From IMG/VR virus record IMGVR_UViG_3300029288_000131, positions 25,175-89,174 of that record: a stretch of DNA of 64,000 nt; one strand, 5' to 3'. The number at the start of each line of letters is the position of its first letter. The stretch's first letter is position 1. A program made the translations under genes and the position numbers. Source of the stretch: a virus (taxonomy: Duplodnaviria > Caudoviricetes). The notes under the pieces were generated by a model that saw nothing but the letters and a program-made list of their open reading frames with translations, was not told where the DNA came from and searched no databases. Below are positions 26,939 to 36,071 of the stretch, piece by piece.

Positions 26939-27636
26939 TGCCTTCGACAGCAACGCAGTGGTTGACCGAAAATCCTGGAGATCTAGCAGCACTGGACGAG
27001 TTGCTTCAGACTGCTGGAGTGCCTATTCAACTGCTGATGGAGTACCCGCAGTGGATGAAAGAAGCTATTGCTGAGCAACTGGTCGATACGTTTTCTCAAG
27101 ACTACTGGTACAACATAAGCGAGACGACGGGAGGGGATGCCGAGCGCATACTCCGTGAGGGATTGGAAGAAGGGTGGTCGATACGAAGAATGGCCACGGA
27201 GCTGCAGCAATCGTTGGGTGGAGATGCTTATGCCAGAACGAGGGCTAGAAACATAGCTAGAACTGAATCGGGACATGCATTGAACGGTGCCCGTCGTGCC
27301 GGGATGGATTCGTTGGTCGATGAGATAGGACAGCAAGTCCCCATGAAACCGACTTGGATGAGTGTCTTGGGAACGACGACAAGGGATAGCCACGCGAACT
27401 TGGATGGGGTTCCTGCCGACTCAGACGGGATGTGGGAGTTGGCAGGTGTTCGGGTGCCGTGGCCCGGTCACATGGATTTACCTCCGTCTGAGCGTTGCAA
27501 TTGTCAGTGCTCAATCACGATGGAATTCGGGATGAAGGAGAACGAAGCTCAATCTCTGATTGATGAGTATTGGCAACGGGTTCAGTCGATGGAAGCAAGT
27601 TTCAAGGGAGACGAGAAAGAAGGACAATTACAATGA
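26938..27636 (+). CDS. MuF (Mu gpF-like) minor head protein, C-terminal domain
   Basis: RARNIARTES, KPTWMS...TTRDSHANLDG, PWPG...ERCNCQC. Confidence 0.88.
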   Translation: MPSTATQWLTENPGDLAALDELLQTAGVPIQLLMEYPQWMKEAIAEQLVDTFSQDYWYNISETTGGDAERILREGLEEGWSIRRMATELQQSLGGDAYARTRARNIARTESGHALNGARRAGMDSLVDEIGQQVPMKPTWMSVLGTTTRDSHANLDGVPADSDGMWELAGVRVPWPGHMDLPPSERCNCQCSITMEFGMKENEAQSLIDEYWQRVQSMEASFKGDEKEGQLQ

Positions 27637-27956
27637 GTAACAACGGCAAACTTCAGAACCCCGACGCTTTGCATCCAAGCACACCGGATACGGTTGCTTT
27701 GGTAGACGCAGTTGGTGCCCGATATGAACAGCTTCGACGGGAGTGGAAGCGCATACGGGGCGTTGATTTGAAGATACCCAAGACGCTCCACATCGAGTTG
27801 GGTATTGTAAAGAAGGTCTGGTCGAGACACCGTTCCGGTGACATGAGGAACAGCTTGAGCGAGCTTCGGGCGACCAAGGTGCTTGCTCAGTGGACGGTTG
27901 ATGTCAATAAGGTCTTGCGAAACCAAGAGCCTGAGATCATCGAGTGGAAGGACTAA
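27633..27956 (+). CDS. hypothetical protein
   Basis: ATGA coupling. Confidence 0.55.
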   Translation: MSNNGKLQNPDALHPSTPDTVALVDAVGARYEQLRREWKRIRGVDLKIPKTLHIELGIVKKVWSRHRSGDMRNSLSELRATKVLAQWTVDVNKVLRNQEPEIIEWKD

Positions 27957-27959
27957 GCT

Positions 27960-28193
27960 ATGCCCGTGCTTCCAAGAATAGCAGAGGTGCAATGTTCCCG
28001 CATCCAGTTCCAACCGGGGGACAGGGTATTGGTCAAGATCTTTCACAACATCAGCGTTGAGCAGACAAAACACTTGCGTCAGTCGATTGTCAAGTGGGCC
28101 GGCACTGATGTTGAGGTTCTGATCTACAACGCAACCGAAATGGAAATCAAGGTGGAGCATGGAGAAACCAAGAGCAAGCTCGTCCAACCATAG
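27960..28193 (+). CDS. hypothetical protein
   Basis: 77 aa. Confidence 0.55.
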   Translation: MPVLPRIAEVQCSRIQFQPGDRVLVKIFHNISVEQTKHLRQSIVKWAGTDVEVLIYNATEMEIKVEHGETKSKLVQP

Positions 28194-28434
28194 CAATGAC
28201 TACCAGCAGGCATTTGCTGGAGACGACGAGAGCTTGGCCCTGTTCCTCCAAAGCATAGCCAGGTTTGACCGTCAGTTCTGCGATGCTATGGCGTCTGGTG
28301 CCGACTTCACCATTCGTATAGAGGTACATGGGAACAAAGGCAGGATGATTCACAGTCGGGTGCAATCGGACTGCTTTGAGCGGCCGAAGGAGGCTCCACG
28401 GGACATGACCAAGAGACGAAAGAATTACGAATGA
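28159..28434 (+). CDS. hypothetical protein
   Basis: 91 aa, GGTGGAG RBS. Confidence 0.55.
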   Translation: MEKPRASSSNHSNDYQQAFAGDDESLALFLQSIARFDRQFCDAMASGADFTIRIEVHGNKGRMIHSRVQSDCFERPKEAPRDMTKRRKNYE

Positions 28435-29261
28435 GTTTCTACTTGCCCCACCAGAATGCCGTTCATGTCCACATCGCTCATACGGGAGGGACGTGGGTAG
28501 GAACAGCTCTAAAAGTGATGGGCATCTTGAAACAGACCCGACATACGAAAACGTTCGGAGTATATGCACCACCGTGGATGGGACGGCCAAAGCACATCCC
28601 GATGAGATACATCTATTCCGAAGCTCTCGACGGGTACAACTTCTTCTTCTCGTTCGTTCGACATCCTTTGAGTTACTACGAGTCGATTTGGAACTATTAC
28701 AGGCAGCATAGTAAAGAGGTGACTGCTGCTTGGATAAGCAACGGCCTGTGGGAGTCGGATCGATTTGTGACGAGGCACTTTCGTTCGACGTTCAACGAGT
28801 GGATAGAGGTGGTGCTTGAGAAGGAGCCTGGATTTGTCACCCGAGTATACGAGCAATTCCTTGGGATGGAGGGAGCCGAGACGTGTCAGTACATCGGCAG
28901 GATGGAAACGCTTCGGGAGGACTTTGCTCAGGTGATGTCTTTGTTGGGATTGGGCTGGAAGGTGGAGCAGTGCAAAGATGAGATAGAAAGATTGGGCATC
29001 GTAAGGCACAAGAAATCAGGGACAGGACCACCGATTAAATGGGCTACCGATCTTCGGTTGGGGATGGAGAAAAGTGAGAGGCTTGCCATCGAGAGGTTCT
29101 ACGGCCCCAAGACCTTGCACAAGCGTGCTTATGGGGTGTTAGGACGGGACGACATGGAGCCGTGGCAGCTTGAAAGGATGTTCCCGAATGGGGTTCCCGA
29201 GTGGGCGAGAAATCCGTTTGGAGCTAATAGGGATTTTCGTTATAATGGGGTCGACGAGTAG
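28431..29261 (+). CDS. sulfotransferase-family protein 1
   Basis: HIAHTGGTW (5'-PSB-like), FVRHPLSYYES (3'-PB-like), IGRMETLREDF. Confidence 0.75.
   Translation: MSFYLPHQNAVHVHIAHTGGTWVGTALKVMGILKQTRHTKTFGVYAPPWMGRPKHIPMRYIYSEALDGYNFFFSFVRHPLSYYESIWNYYRQHSKEVTAAWISNGLWESDRFVTRHFRSTFNEWIEVVLEKEPGFVTRVYEQFLGMEGAETCQYIGRMETLREDFAQVMSLLGLGWKVEQCKDEIERLGIVRHKKSGTGPPIKWATDLRLGMEKSERLAIERFYGPKTLHKRAYGVLGRDDMEPWQLERMFPNGVPEWARNPFGANRDFRYNGVDE
29212..29250 (+). promoter_or_regulatory. conserved sigma70-type promoter, copy 2
   Basis: ATCCGTTTGGAGCTA-N7-TTTTCGTTATAATGGGG, embedded in the 3' end of the sulfotransferase gene. Confidence 0.7.
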
Positions 29262-29290
29262 AAACGTCTAGGCGCTAGAAAGAGAAGGAT

Positions 29291-29355
29291 AGCCGCGACG
29301 TGAGAAGCCCTCCCGGTTTCGGGTTGGTCGTTTTTCACACCGCGGCTTTTCTTTT
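29291..29355 (+). terminator. long hairpin plus U-tract (terminator or attenuator)
   Basis: AGCCGCG...CGCGGCT and GTGAGAA...TTTTCAC stems followed by TTTCTTTT. Confidence 0.45.
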
Positions 29356-29367
29356 GGAGAAAGCAAG

Positions 29368-30063
29368 ATGGCAAAGAATGTTACCTTCTATTTGGGACCG
29401 GCAAGTGGACTCCTTGCCACCCGTGTCTTGACGATCACTCGGATGAGGAGAGCAGGAGATGATTCAGCAATCACTCCTGCTTACAATGCCGATGCCGGTG
29501 CTGCTACAACCGTTGTGACGGTTCAGCTTGCCGACAATCAGATTTGGCAAGCACAGTTGGTTGATACGAATGCCACCGGAGAGGCAAGTGCCCCGGACGT
29601 TCTCAATTTCCATACGGGCAGCTTGCAGTTTCCGGGACCGAGGAGCCATGATAGGTTGCAGATCTTGTCGATGGAGGATCTGTCGTCCAGCTCATCCAGC
29701 TCGTCCAGCAGCATGTCGAGTTCGTCCTGGTCGAGCCAAAGCAGCGGATCGTCCGCCTCTTCCAGTTCTTCGAGTTCCAGCTTGGAGTACAGCTCGTCCA
29801 GTTCGTCCAGTTGCACAAGTGAGTCCAGTTCGTCCTGGTCGAGTCAGTCCAGTTCGTCCTGGTCGAGCCCGTCGAGTGCCAGTAGCCAGAGCACAAGCAG
29901 CAGCAGTTCCATTAGCACGTCCAGTTCAAGTCAGTCGAGTCATAGCTCGTCTAGCTGGTCAAGCAAAAGCAGCTCGTCTAGCTCCAGCAGCTCCAACAGC
30001 TCGTCTAGCTCCAGCAGCCAAAGCACGAGCCTTTCCAGTTCGTCCTGGTCTAGCCAGCCTTGA
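29368..30063 (+). CDS. poly-Ser protein 2
   Basis: Beta-rich N-domain, then about 125-aa Ser tract with periodic Trp. Confidence 0.75.
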   Translation: MAKNVTFYLGPASGLLATRVLTITRMRRAGDDSAITPAYNADAGAATTVVTVQLADNQIWQAQLVDTNATGEASAPDVLNFHTGSLQFPGPRSHDRLQILSMEDLSSSSSSSSSSMSSSSWSSQSSGSSASSSSSSSSLEYSSSSSSSCTSESSSSWSSQSSSSWSSPSSASSQSTSSSSSISTSSSSQSSHSSSSWSSKSSSSSSSSSNSSSSSSSQSTSLSSSSWSSQP

Positions 30064-30065
30064 AA

Positions 30066-30497
30066 ATGAACAGCATCGTCCGAGCTTGGAACCGATACCA
30101 AGAAAGGCCGAAGTACGATGGCCCGGACAGTGTTTTGATCGAAGAAGAAATCCTGACCATTCCGGAGGAGGATACGTCGATGGCAGTGTCAATGAACCGT
30201 TTCGCAGTTGTGTCTTTGGCACTCTATGGCTCGCAGGATAGGGTTGAAGCGTTGTGCATACAATGCTATCAAGCCTTGAAGAAGCTGAAGCTTTTGCGAG
30301 CAGCCCGCAAGACGGAACCGTTCGACGTTCCTCCTGCCGGTCAGGGTTCTTATCCTCACTTGCTGGATGTGATTCGTTGGCTAGAGAGTTTGGACAGTGC
30401 TAGCAAGGAAGAGATCGAGTTTGCCAAGCGTCTTTACGTGACGGCCCGACGACGGTCACGTCCTGATCTGGTGCTTGAGCATCAAGGGGAGGAATGA
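30066..30497 (+). CDS. hypothetical protein
   Basis: ATG 30066. Confidence 0.55.
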   Translation: MNSIVRAWNRYQERPKYDGPDSVLIEEEILTIPEEDTSMAVSMNRFAVVSLALYGSQDRVEALCIQCYQALKKLKLLRAARKTEPFDVPPAGQGSYPHLLDVIRWLESLDSASKEEIEFAKRLYVTARRRSRPDLVLEHQGEE

Positions 30498-30787
30498 TGT
30501 TCGTTGGATACGAGCAAATAGCTGCTGGTCCTGCCGTTCAGACAGCGGACGATTTGACGATTCCAGGCAACGCCACCGGCGTTCTCATCCAAGTGGATAC
30601 GAACAACATTCGTTACACGATGGACGGTGCCACCGATCCGACAGCGGCTGGAATTGGTATGTTGTTTGTTGTGAACGAAGCTCCTCAGTTCTTTACGATT
30701 GACGACCTGTTGCGGATTCGATTCATCCAAGTTGCCGCTGGCGTAGGCAACATGAATCTGCATTATACAGCAGGAAGAAACATATGA
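30494..30787 (+). CDS. small beta-rich protein, possible head decoration
   Basis: 97 aa; GGAGG RBS; position in the head cluster. Confidence 0.55.
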   Translation: MMFVGYEQIAAGPAVQTADDLTIPGNATGVLIQVDTNNIRYTMDGATDPTAAGIGMLFVVNEAPQFFTIDDLLRIRFIQVAAGVGNMNLHYTAGRNI

Positions 30788-32742
30788 ACCAGCGTCAACT
30801 GCTCGAAGCAATACGAGCCCGGACCCAGAAGAAGTCACAGTTTGGTCACGGCATCCTGACTGCCGACCTCTATCTCAAAGGCATGTTGGAGGGGCTGGGA
30901 TCGGACCTCTGTTATCAATTCGCCAGCCGGGGGCTGACCAGTTTCGACGACCTGATGAGAAAGGCTGCTCGGACGCTGGTCTACAGCAACCCCGAAATGA
31001 AGGTCGAAGAGAAGCTGACGGATGCTTACAGCAGCTTGCCTCGCGGGACGAAGCTGCCCAAGAACACGCTAATGGTGTTCAAGCATACGTTGACCAGCAG
31101 TGCCAAGGATCGAGACGGTGACACGCTTCACAGCGATGGGGCATCGGTCGATCCCAACATGCTGATGATTTGGCAGCACGTCCACACGATGCCCATCGGC
31201 AAGTTCATCGCCATTGCCGAGCAGAACACCAAGCACCTGAAGACGTACAGTGCCATCGTCGACATCAACGACTTGAGCCACGACTCGGCTGTGATGGTCG
31301 ACAACGGAATGGGACGCTTCAGCCACGGGTTCCGAGCATTGGAGTTCGTTGAGACGAAGGGTGGACGGGAAGGTGGAGTGGGATTCGACATTCACAAGTT
31401 CGAGATCATGGAAGAGTCACTAGTTTCCGTTCCTGCCAACCCCGACGCTCAGACGGATGAAGTGATTGTTTCGTTGGTCGAACGTGGCAAGTTGACCAGT
31501 CCTCTGATGAAAGAATTCAGCAAGTCCATAAGGGAGCGGATGCCGTTGTCTGTTCCTGTCAAGCTGGATCTCAAAGTGACCGTCAATGGTCAGGAGGTGA
31601 AGGATGAGAACAAGTCAAGAAACGGAGAAGGAGCGGGAGAAAAGGGAAAAGGAACGACCAGCACACCAGCGAAAGCAAATGGAGATAACGAGGACGAAGA
31701 GGAAGGTGCCGACAAGAAAGTAGAATGCCCCGAGTGCGGTGAGATGGTCAAGCCGGATGAAGATGGAGAATGTCCAGAGTGTGGAGCTAGCATGAAGGAA
31801 GAGAAGAAGGGAAAGAAGAACATTAGCCCGTCTTCGATCCATGCAGGCATGCTTAGTGATTCTTGGGAGTCCATCGAATCCCAACTTCGAGATTCGGTCA
31901 AGCATTATCTGATTTCAATGGGGCACGTGATTGGAGATACTGATTGGGTTTGGTTGATGGGAACGTACAATGACTTTGCAATTGTTTGTTGTGAAAAAGG
32001 AGGCAATCGCGAATTTTATAAGATAGCGTGGCAATTGAAGGACGGCAAGCCTCAATTTGTAGGAGAGCCAAATCTCGTCGAGGTAAAGATCTCGACGGAG
32101 TTGATAGAAAGAGCCAAGCGGTTTCGTCCTGAGCATGGCAAGCCCTATCCGAACGAGCACGCTGCTCGGATGAACGACCCCGACAAGTATGGAAAGATTC
32201 GACGACAGAACGATAAGTTTGGGGAAGGTATCCACGCCATCTTTGGGGTGCTAGAGGATGGCAAGACAGAGGTGCAGGCCATTCGGTTCGATTCGTCCAA
32301 GTTCTCAGAAGAAGAGGCACGTGAATGGCTCGAAGAGCATAAGTACAAGCCAGCCAAGTTTGAGCCAGCTAAGGAGGAGAAGAAGAGCGTCAAGCAGGGA
32401 CGGGTTATCAGTCACTCGAACGAAGCCAAGATCAAAGACGCCAAGGAAGATGTGGACGAAGCTAGCAAGATGGACATTGCTCGTCCTGCCAAGGCGTTGC
32501 TCAAGTCAGCATCTCGTAGCCTCACCGAGGTGATCGACACGATTGGCAACGAGGGACCAGTCGGAGAAAAGGCAATGACTGTGGAGGATGCGATGGCCAA
32601 GGTGCTTGCGGAGGCCAATACCAAGCAACGCAAGAACATGGCCGACGCCCTGCGGGCAATTGATATGGTGGAGAAGGAAACAATTCGATGCCAAGCCAAG
32701 CGTCGATTGATTTTGCGAATGAACACATCACGGCGGTCGTGA
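30784..32742 (+). CDS. prohead protease (HK97/S78-like) with long C-terminal extension
   Basis: KDRDGD, IWQHVHTMPIG (His), FSHGF (Ser), EESLVSVPANP; extension with CPECG x2 and PYPNEHAAR domain. Confidence 0.85.
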   Translation: MNQRQLLEAIRARTQKKSQFGHGILTADLYLKGMLEGLGSDLCYQFASRGLTSFDDLMRKAARTLVYSNPEMKVEEKLTDAYSSLPRGTKLPKNTLMVFKHTLTSSAKDRDGDTLHSDGASVDPNMLMIWQHVHTMPIGKFIAIAEQNTKHLKTYSAIVDINDLSHDSAVMVDNGMGRFSHGFRALEFVETKGGREGGVGFDIHKFEIMEESLVSVPANPDAQTDEVIVSLVERGKLTSPLMKEFSKSIRERMPLSVPVKLDLKVTVNGQEVKDENKSRNGEGAGEKGKGTTSTPAKANGDNEDEEEGADKKVECPECGEMVKPDEDGECPECGASMKEEKKGKKNISPSSIHAGMLSDSWESIESQLRDSVKHYLISMGHVIGDTDWVWLMGTYNDFAIVCCEKGGNREFYKIAWQLKDGKPQFVGEPNLVEVKISTELIERAKRFRPEHGKPYPNEHAARMNDPDKYGKIRRQNDKFGEGIHAIFGVLEDGKTEVQAIRFDSSKFSEEEAREWLEEHKYKPAKFEPAKEEKKSVKQGRVISHSNEAKIKDAKEDVDEASKMDIARPAKALLKSASRSLTEVIDTIGNEGPVGEKAMTVEDAMAKVLAEANTKQRKNMADALRAIDMVEKETIRCQAKRRLILRMNTSRRS

Positions 32743-32782
32743 TGGTTTACCTCGTTTCCGTCTAACAGAAAGGGTAAAACCA

Positions 32783-34402
32783 ATGAAGATGACGGAAGCC
32801 TTTAAGAAGTGGCTTGTCGAGAACTGCGGCGTCAAGTCCGACGCGGCAGAAGACGAGCTGCGAGCGGCCGCCGGTAAGGCGTTTGCTGACGGCAAACTGA
32901 CGGCCGAGAAGTACATGGAGCTGACCAAGGATGAAGACGACGATCTGACCAAGGAGTTCAAGCGGATGAACGACAACTTGGAGAAGGCCGTTGCAGCTCT
33001 GTCCACTCCTCCCGAAAAGAAGGAGGAGAAGAAAGAGGAGAAGAAGGAAGAGCCCACCGGCGAGAAGAAGATTGGGGACCTTCCCGACAGGAAGCAGCCG
33101 GCCCCGCCGACCGTGCTGGAAAAGATGGTCGCTCGGCTCGGTGGCACTCCTATCGAACCAGAGGGTAAGACCATCGACGTCCGGGTCAAGGAAGCGGCCG
33201 AGATGTATACCGACACCAAGTCCGTTGCGGTCTTTCCGGCCAAGACGGCGAAGGGTCGGGCACATCCACGTGCTGGTCAGCCCATCATGGATTACGATGA
33301 GGGTGGCCGTGTGATCAACACGCCGAGTCAACGGGACAAGGCTGTGATCGGTGCCTTCTCCAAGTTCCTTTGTGCCAAGGCTCAGCGTGGTGGAAGTCGA
33401 ACATTCGGTTTCCAGGCGATGAACCAGCACGACAAGGAACTGCTACTCTATGCAATGGAGAACATGGAGTGGGTCGGAGCGTCCGACGGCGGCAATTACG
33501 CCGACATCAACGGCCGTAAGTTGACCACGATGGAAAAGCAAGCTCTGATCGACGACGCCGTGTCGGGCGGTTTGGAAGCGGCTCCCATCGTGTTTGACGA
33601 CGACGTGATTCAGGCACCGCTGCTCAACGGAGAGCTGTACCCGCACGTCAAGGTCGTTCCCCTGGATCGTGGACGTCGGGTTGAGGGTGTTGCCACTGGC
33701 ACCGTCACCGCCGCGTGGGGCGGTGTTGACGACACGGCAGTTGCCCTGTTCAACACAGCAGCCTACGTCACGGCATTCGATACGACCATCTTTCGTTGGG
33801 AAGGCTCCATTCGTATCGGGTTGGACTTCCTGTCCGACACGCCCATCGACTTCGGTGCTCACGTCACCGCCCAGTATGGCGAACGCCTGCTGGAAGACCT
33901 GGACGACGTGATTGCCACGGGCAACGGCACGACGCAGCCGACGGGCATCATGAATGCTGCGGGCACGACAGCCGTTGCTTTTGGTGGTGCCACCAGCCTT
34001 GGAGCTTACGAGCAGCTTCGCTTCGGCGTTGCAAAGCAGGAGCACAAGGGTGGGGTCGGTGCCAGTGCCGTGTTCTGTGGAACCGAGACCTCGTACATGA
34101 GGGCTCGGGCGTTGAACGTCGGTGCCACCGATGCTCGTCGCATCATGGGGTACGACTACTCCAGCTACAACTGGATGGAACGTCCCTACAAGATCAACAA
34201 CAGCCTGACCAACCGCCAGATCTTCTACGCGATCATGGCTCGCTATCGCATGTATCGTCGGCGTGGGTTGACCATGCGAACGAGCACCGAGGGCGACACC
34301 CTGATCCGCCGGAACGAGATGCTGATGGTTGCGATGGCCCGTTATGGTGGCCAGCTCGAGCGCGGAGCTTGTGCTGCCGTCACCACGACCGCCCCTGCGT
34401 AA
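32783..34402 (+). CDS. major capsid protein (HK97 fold) with N-terminal scaffold segment
   Basis: Coiled-coil N-terminus, SGGLEAAPIVFD, ATGNGTTQPTGI; follows the protease. Confidence 0.85.
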   Translation: MKMTEAFKKWLVENCGVKSDAAEDELRAAAGKAFADGKLTAEKYMELTKDEDDDLTKEFKRMNDNLEKAVAALSTPPEKKEEKKEEKKEEPTGEKKIGDLPDRKQPAPPTVLEKMVARLGGTPIEPEGKTIDVRVKEAAEMYTDTKSVAVFPAKTAKGRAHPRAGQPIMDYDEGGRVINTPSQRDKAVIGAFSKFLCAKAQRGGSRTFGFQAMNQHDKELLLYAMENMEWVGASDGGNYADINGRKLTTMEKQALIDDAVSGGLEAAPIVFDDDVIQAPLLNGELYPHVKVVPLDRGRRVEGVATGTVTAAWGGVDDTAVALFNTAAYVTAFDTTIFRWEGSIRIGLDFLSDTPIDFGAHVTAQYGERLLEDLDDVIATGNGTTQPTGIMNAAGTTAVAFGGATSLGAYEQLRFGVAKQEHKGGVGASAVFCGTETSYMRARALNVGATDARRIMGYDYSSYNWMERPYKINNSLTNRQIFYAIMARYRMYRRRGLTMRTSTEGDTLIRRNEMLMVAMARYGGQLERGACAAVTTTAPA

Positions 34403-34432
34403 CAGCCCTGCGACCGTGTCGGTCGCTACACC

Positions 34433-34480
34433 CGTGGCTGGGGGCTTACGTCCTTCGGCCCTCAGCCACGGCATTTCTTT
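34433..34480 (+). terminator. hairpin after the major capsid gene
   Basis: CCGTGGCTG...CAGCCACGG followed by CATTTCTTT. Confidence 0.5.
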
Positions 34481-34512
34481 AGAAGGACATCTAGAAAGAA
34501 GGACAAACAGAC

Positions 34513-35106
34513 ATGCCTACAGCAGAAGAAAAAACAAGAGTTGCTTCATTCGGCGTCGAGATCGACACGCCCCGCAACGGGGATGTCGTGTTGAACAGCA
34601 TTCCTGGATGTCGTTTGCGTGGAGCCATTGCGGCGTCGAAGCCGGGCTTCGCAAAACGTGATGGGGATACGCCTACCATCCCTCGGGATCAGGCAACCCA
34701 TCTTGGAGCACTTCCTCCCATTCCCGGTATGCAATTGCACGTCAATCCTGCGAAGTGTGCGTACACGATCATCGATCCTCTTTACGAGGACGATGAATTG
34801 TGTCGTAGGATTCAATCGGCCATGCGTGCCAATGAGCGTCCCATCAGTGGAGAGATTCGTGGTGTTCCTCCGCAAAAGGGAGAGCTCGACGTTCACCGGA
34901 TGAAGACCCTCTGCCGTGAGTTGCATCAATTGGTCGAGACCAGCTATGCCAAGGTGGTCAAGGGAGTGCTTCCTTCAATGGAAGAGATTGAGGATCTGCC
35001 TGGCAAGTTTTTGTTGAATCCCGGCAGCGTGATCCCCAATTCGCAGCCGTTGTTCGAAGAGGACATGGAAGCTTGGGTGGCCAATCTTCATAAGGGAGGC
35101 GGGTGA
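34513..35106 (+). CDS. hypothetical protein
   Basis: 197 aa, AAGGA RBS. Confidence 0.7.
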   Translation: MPTAEEKTRVASFGVEIDTPRNGDVVLNSIPGCRLRGAIAASKPGFAKRDGDTPTIPRDQATHLGALPPIPGMQLHVNPAKCAYTIIDPLYEDDELCRRIQSAMRANERPISGEIRGVPPQKGELDVHRMKTLCRELHQLVETSYAKVVKGVLPSMEEIEDLPGKFLLNPGSVIPNSQPLFEEDMEAWVANLHKGGG

Positions 35107-35107
35107 A

Positions 35108-35566
35108 ATGCCCACGTTCTCCCCGGCAGTAGAGGCTGCTCGGCAGCGTAGGGTTGGTGCTGCCGAGCAGAGGCTGGTGAGGATTGAGTGGTTCATTGAG
35201 AATGTAACCGACAAGGTAAAGTTGTCCCTGAAGCAACGGGTAAGCCTTGCCACTTCGATGTTGCTGGACAGGATGATCAGGAACGTCAGCGTTCCGGTAA
35301 CGAAGGTTCCAGGAACAAAGACGGGAAGGATAATCGTAACAGAGAGAAGTAAGCCTGGAGAGTTTCCCCGTGCAGACACGACCCAGCTCATGAAGACGTT
35401 GTTCAAAGAGGTTGTGGTGGATCAAGACGGAGCGGCGGGATACGTTGGCACTCCCCTGGATTACGGTTTGTTCTTGGAGATCAAAATGAACCGTAGCTTT
35501 ATGGTAAGGACGCTGAACGAAGAACGTGGAATGATTACAAGAATCTTGACGGGACCAATTCGATGA
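35108..35566 (+). CDS. HK97 gp10-like neck/tail completion protein
   Basis: SKPGEFP..DTTQL, GYVGTPLDYGLFLE, RSFM. Confidence 0.75.
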   Translation: MPTFSPAVEAARQRRVGAAEQRLVRIEWFIENVTDKVKLSLKQRVSLATSMLLDRMIRNVSVPVTKVPGTKTGRIIVTERSKPGEFPRADTTQLMKTLFKEVVVDQDGAAGYVGTPLDYGLFLEIKMNRSFMVRTLNEERGMITRILTGPIR

Positions 35567-36063
35567 GCGTTGCTGGTGCTTCAGTTTCCAAGGCTTTGGT
35601 TGCTGCATGGGACGATGCAGGTCTCGATGCCAAGTTCAAGGCTTTGTGGGCTGGCGAAGTGTCAGCAGACGAATTCATTGTGCTACACGATCAAGAGGCA
35701 TCCCCCCAGCAACCGTGGCCCTATTGCGTGCTGGAGCAGATCAGTGCTTCTACGACCAGTCGTATGTCGGGCGGGGTGAGCCACCTCCGAGAAATACGGG
35801 ATGTTGACATCCGGTTTCATGTTCATGCCAGCGAGGTTTCTGGGGACTCAAGGACTGCCAAGGAAATTGCAGCCTACCTTTGCGAAGAGATCATGAAGGT
35901 CTTTGGTGGACACCCGACGGAAGCCCCGTCAGCGTTGACGTTGGACCACGGCAAGTTCCTGATAGCACAGTACCAGAGTGATTACGGTGTGAGGACTGGC
36001 GATGAGACGTATGAGTGGCTGGTCCATTACATCTTCCGAATAGACGTTCCCGTAGCCGTGTGA
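35563..36063 (+). CDS. tail terminator-like protein
   Basis: PWPYCVL motif; position between gp10-like and tail tube genes. Confidence 0.6.
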   Translation: MSVAGASVSKALVAAWDDAGLDAKFKALWAGEVSADEFIVLHDQEASPQQPWPYCVLEQISASTTSRMSGGVSHLREIRDVDIRFHVHASEVSGDSRTAKEIAAYLCEEIMKVFGGHPTEAPSALTLDHGKFLIAQYQSDYGVRTGDETYEWLVHYIFRIDVPVAV

Positions 36064-36071
36064 GGTGAGAA

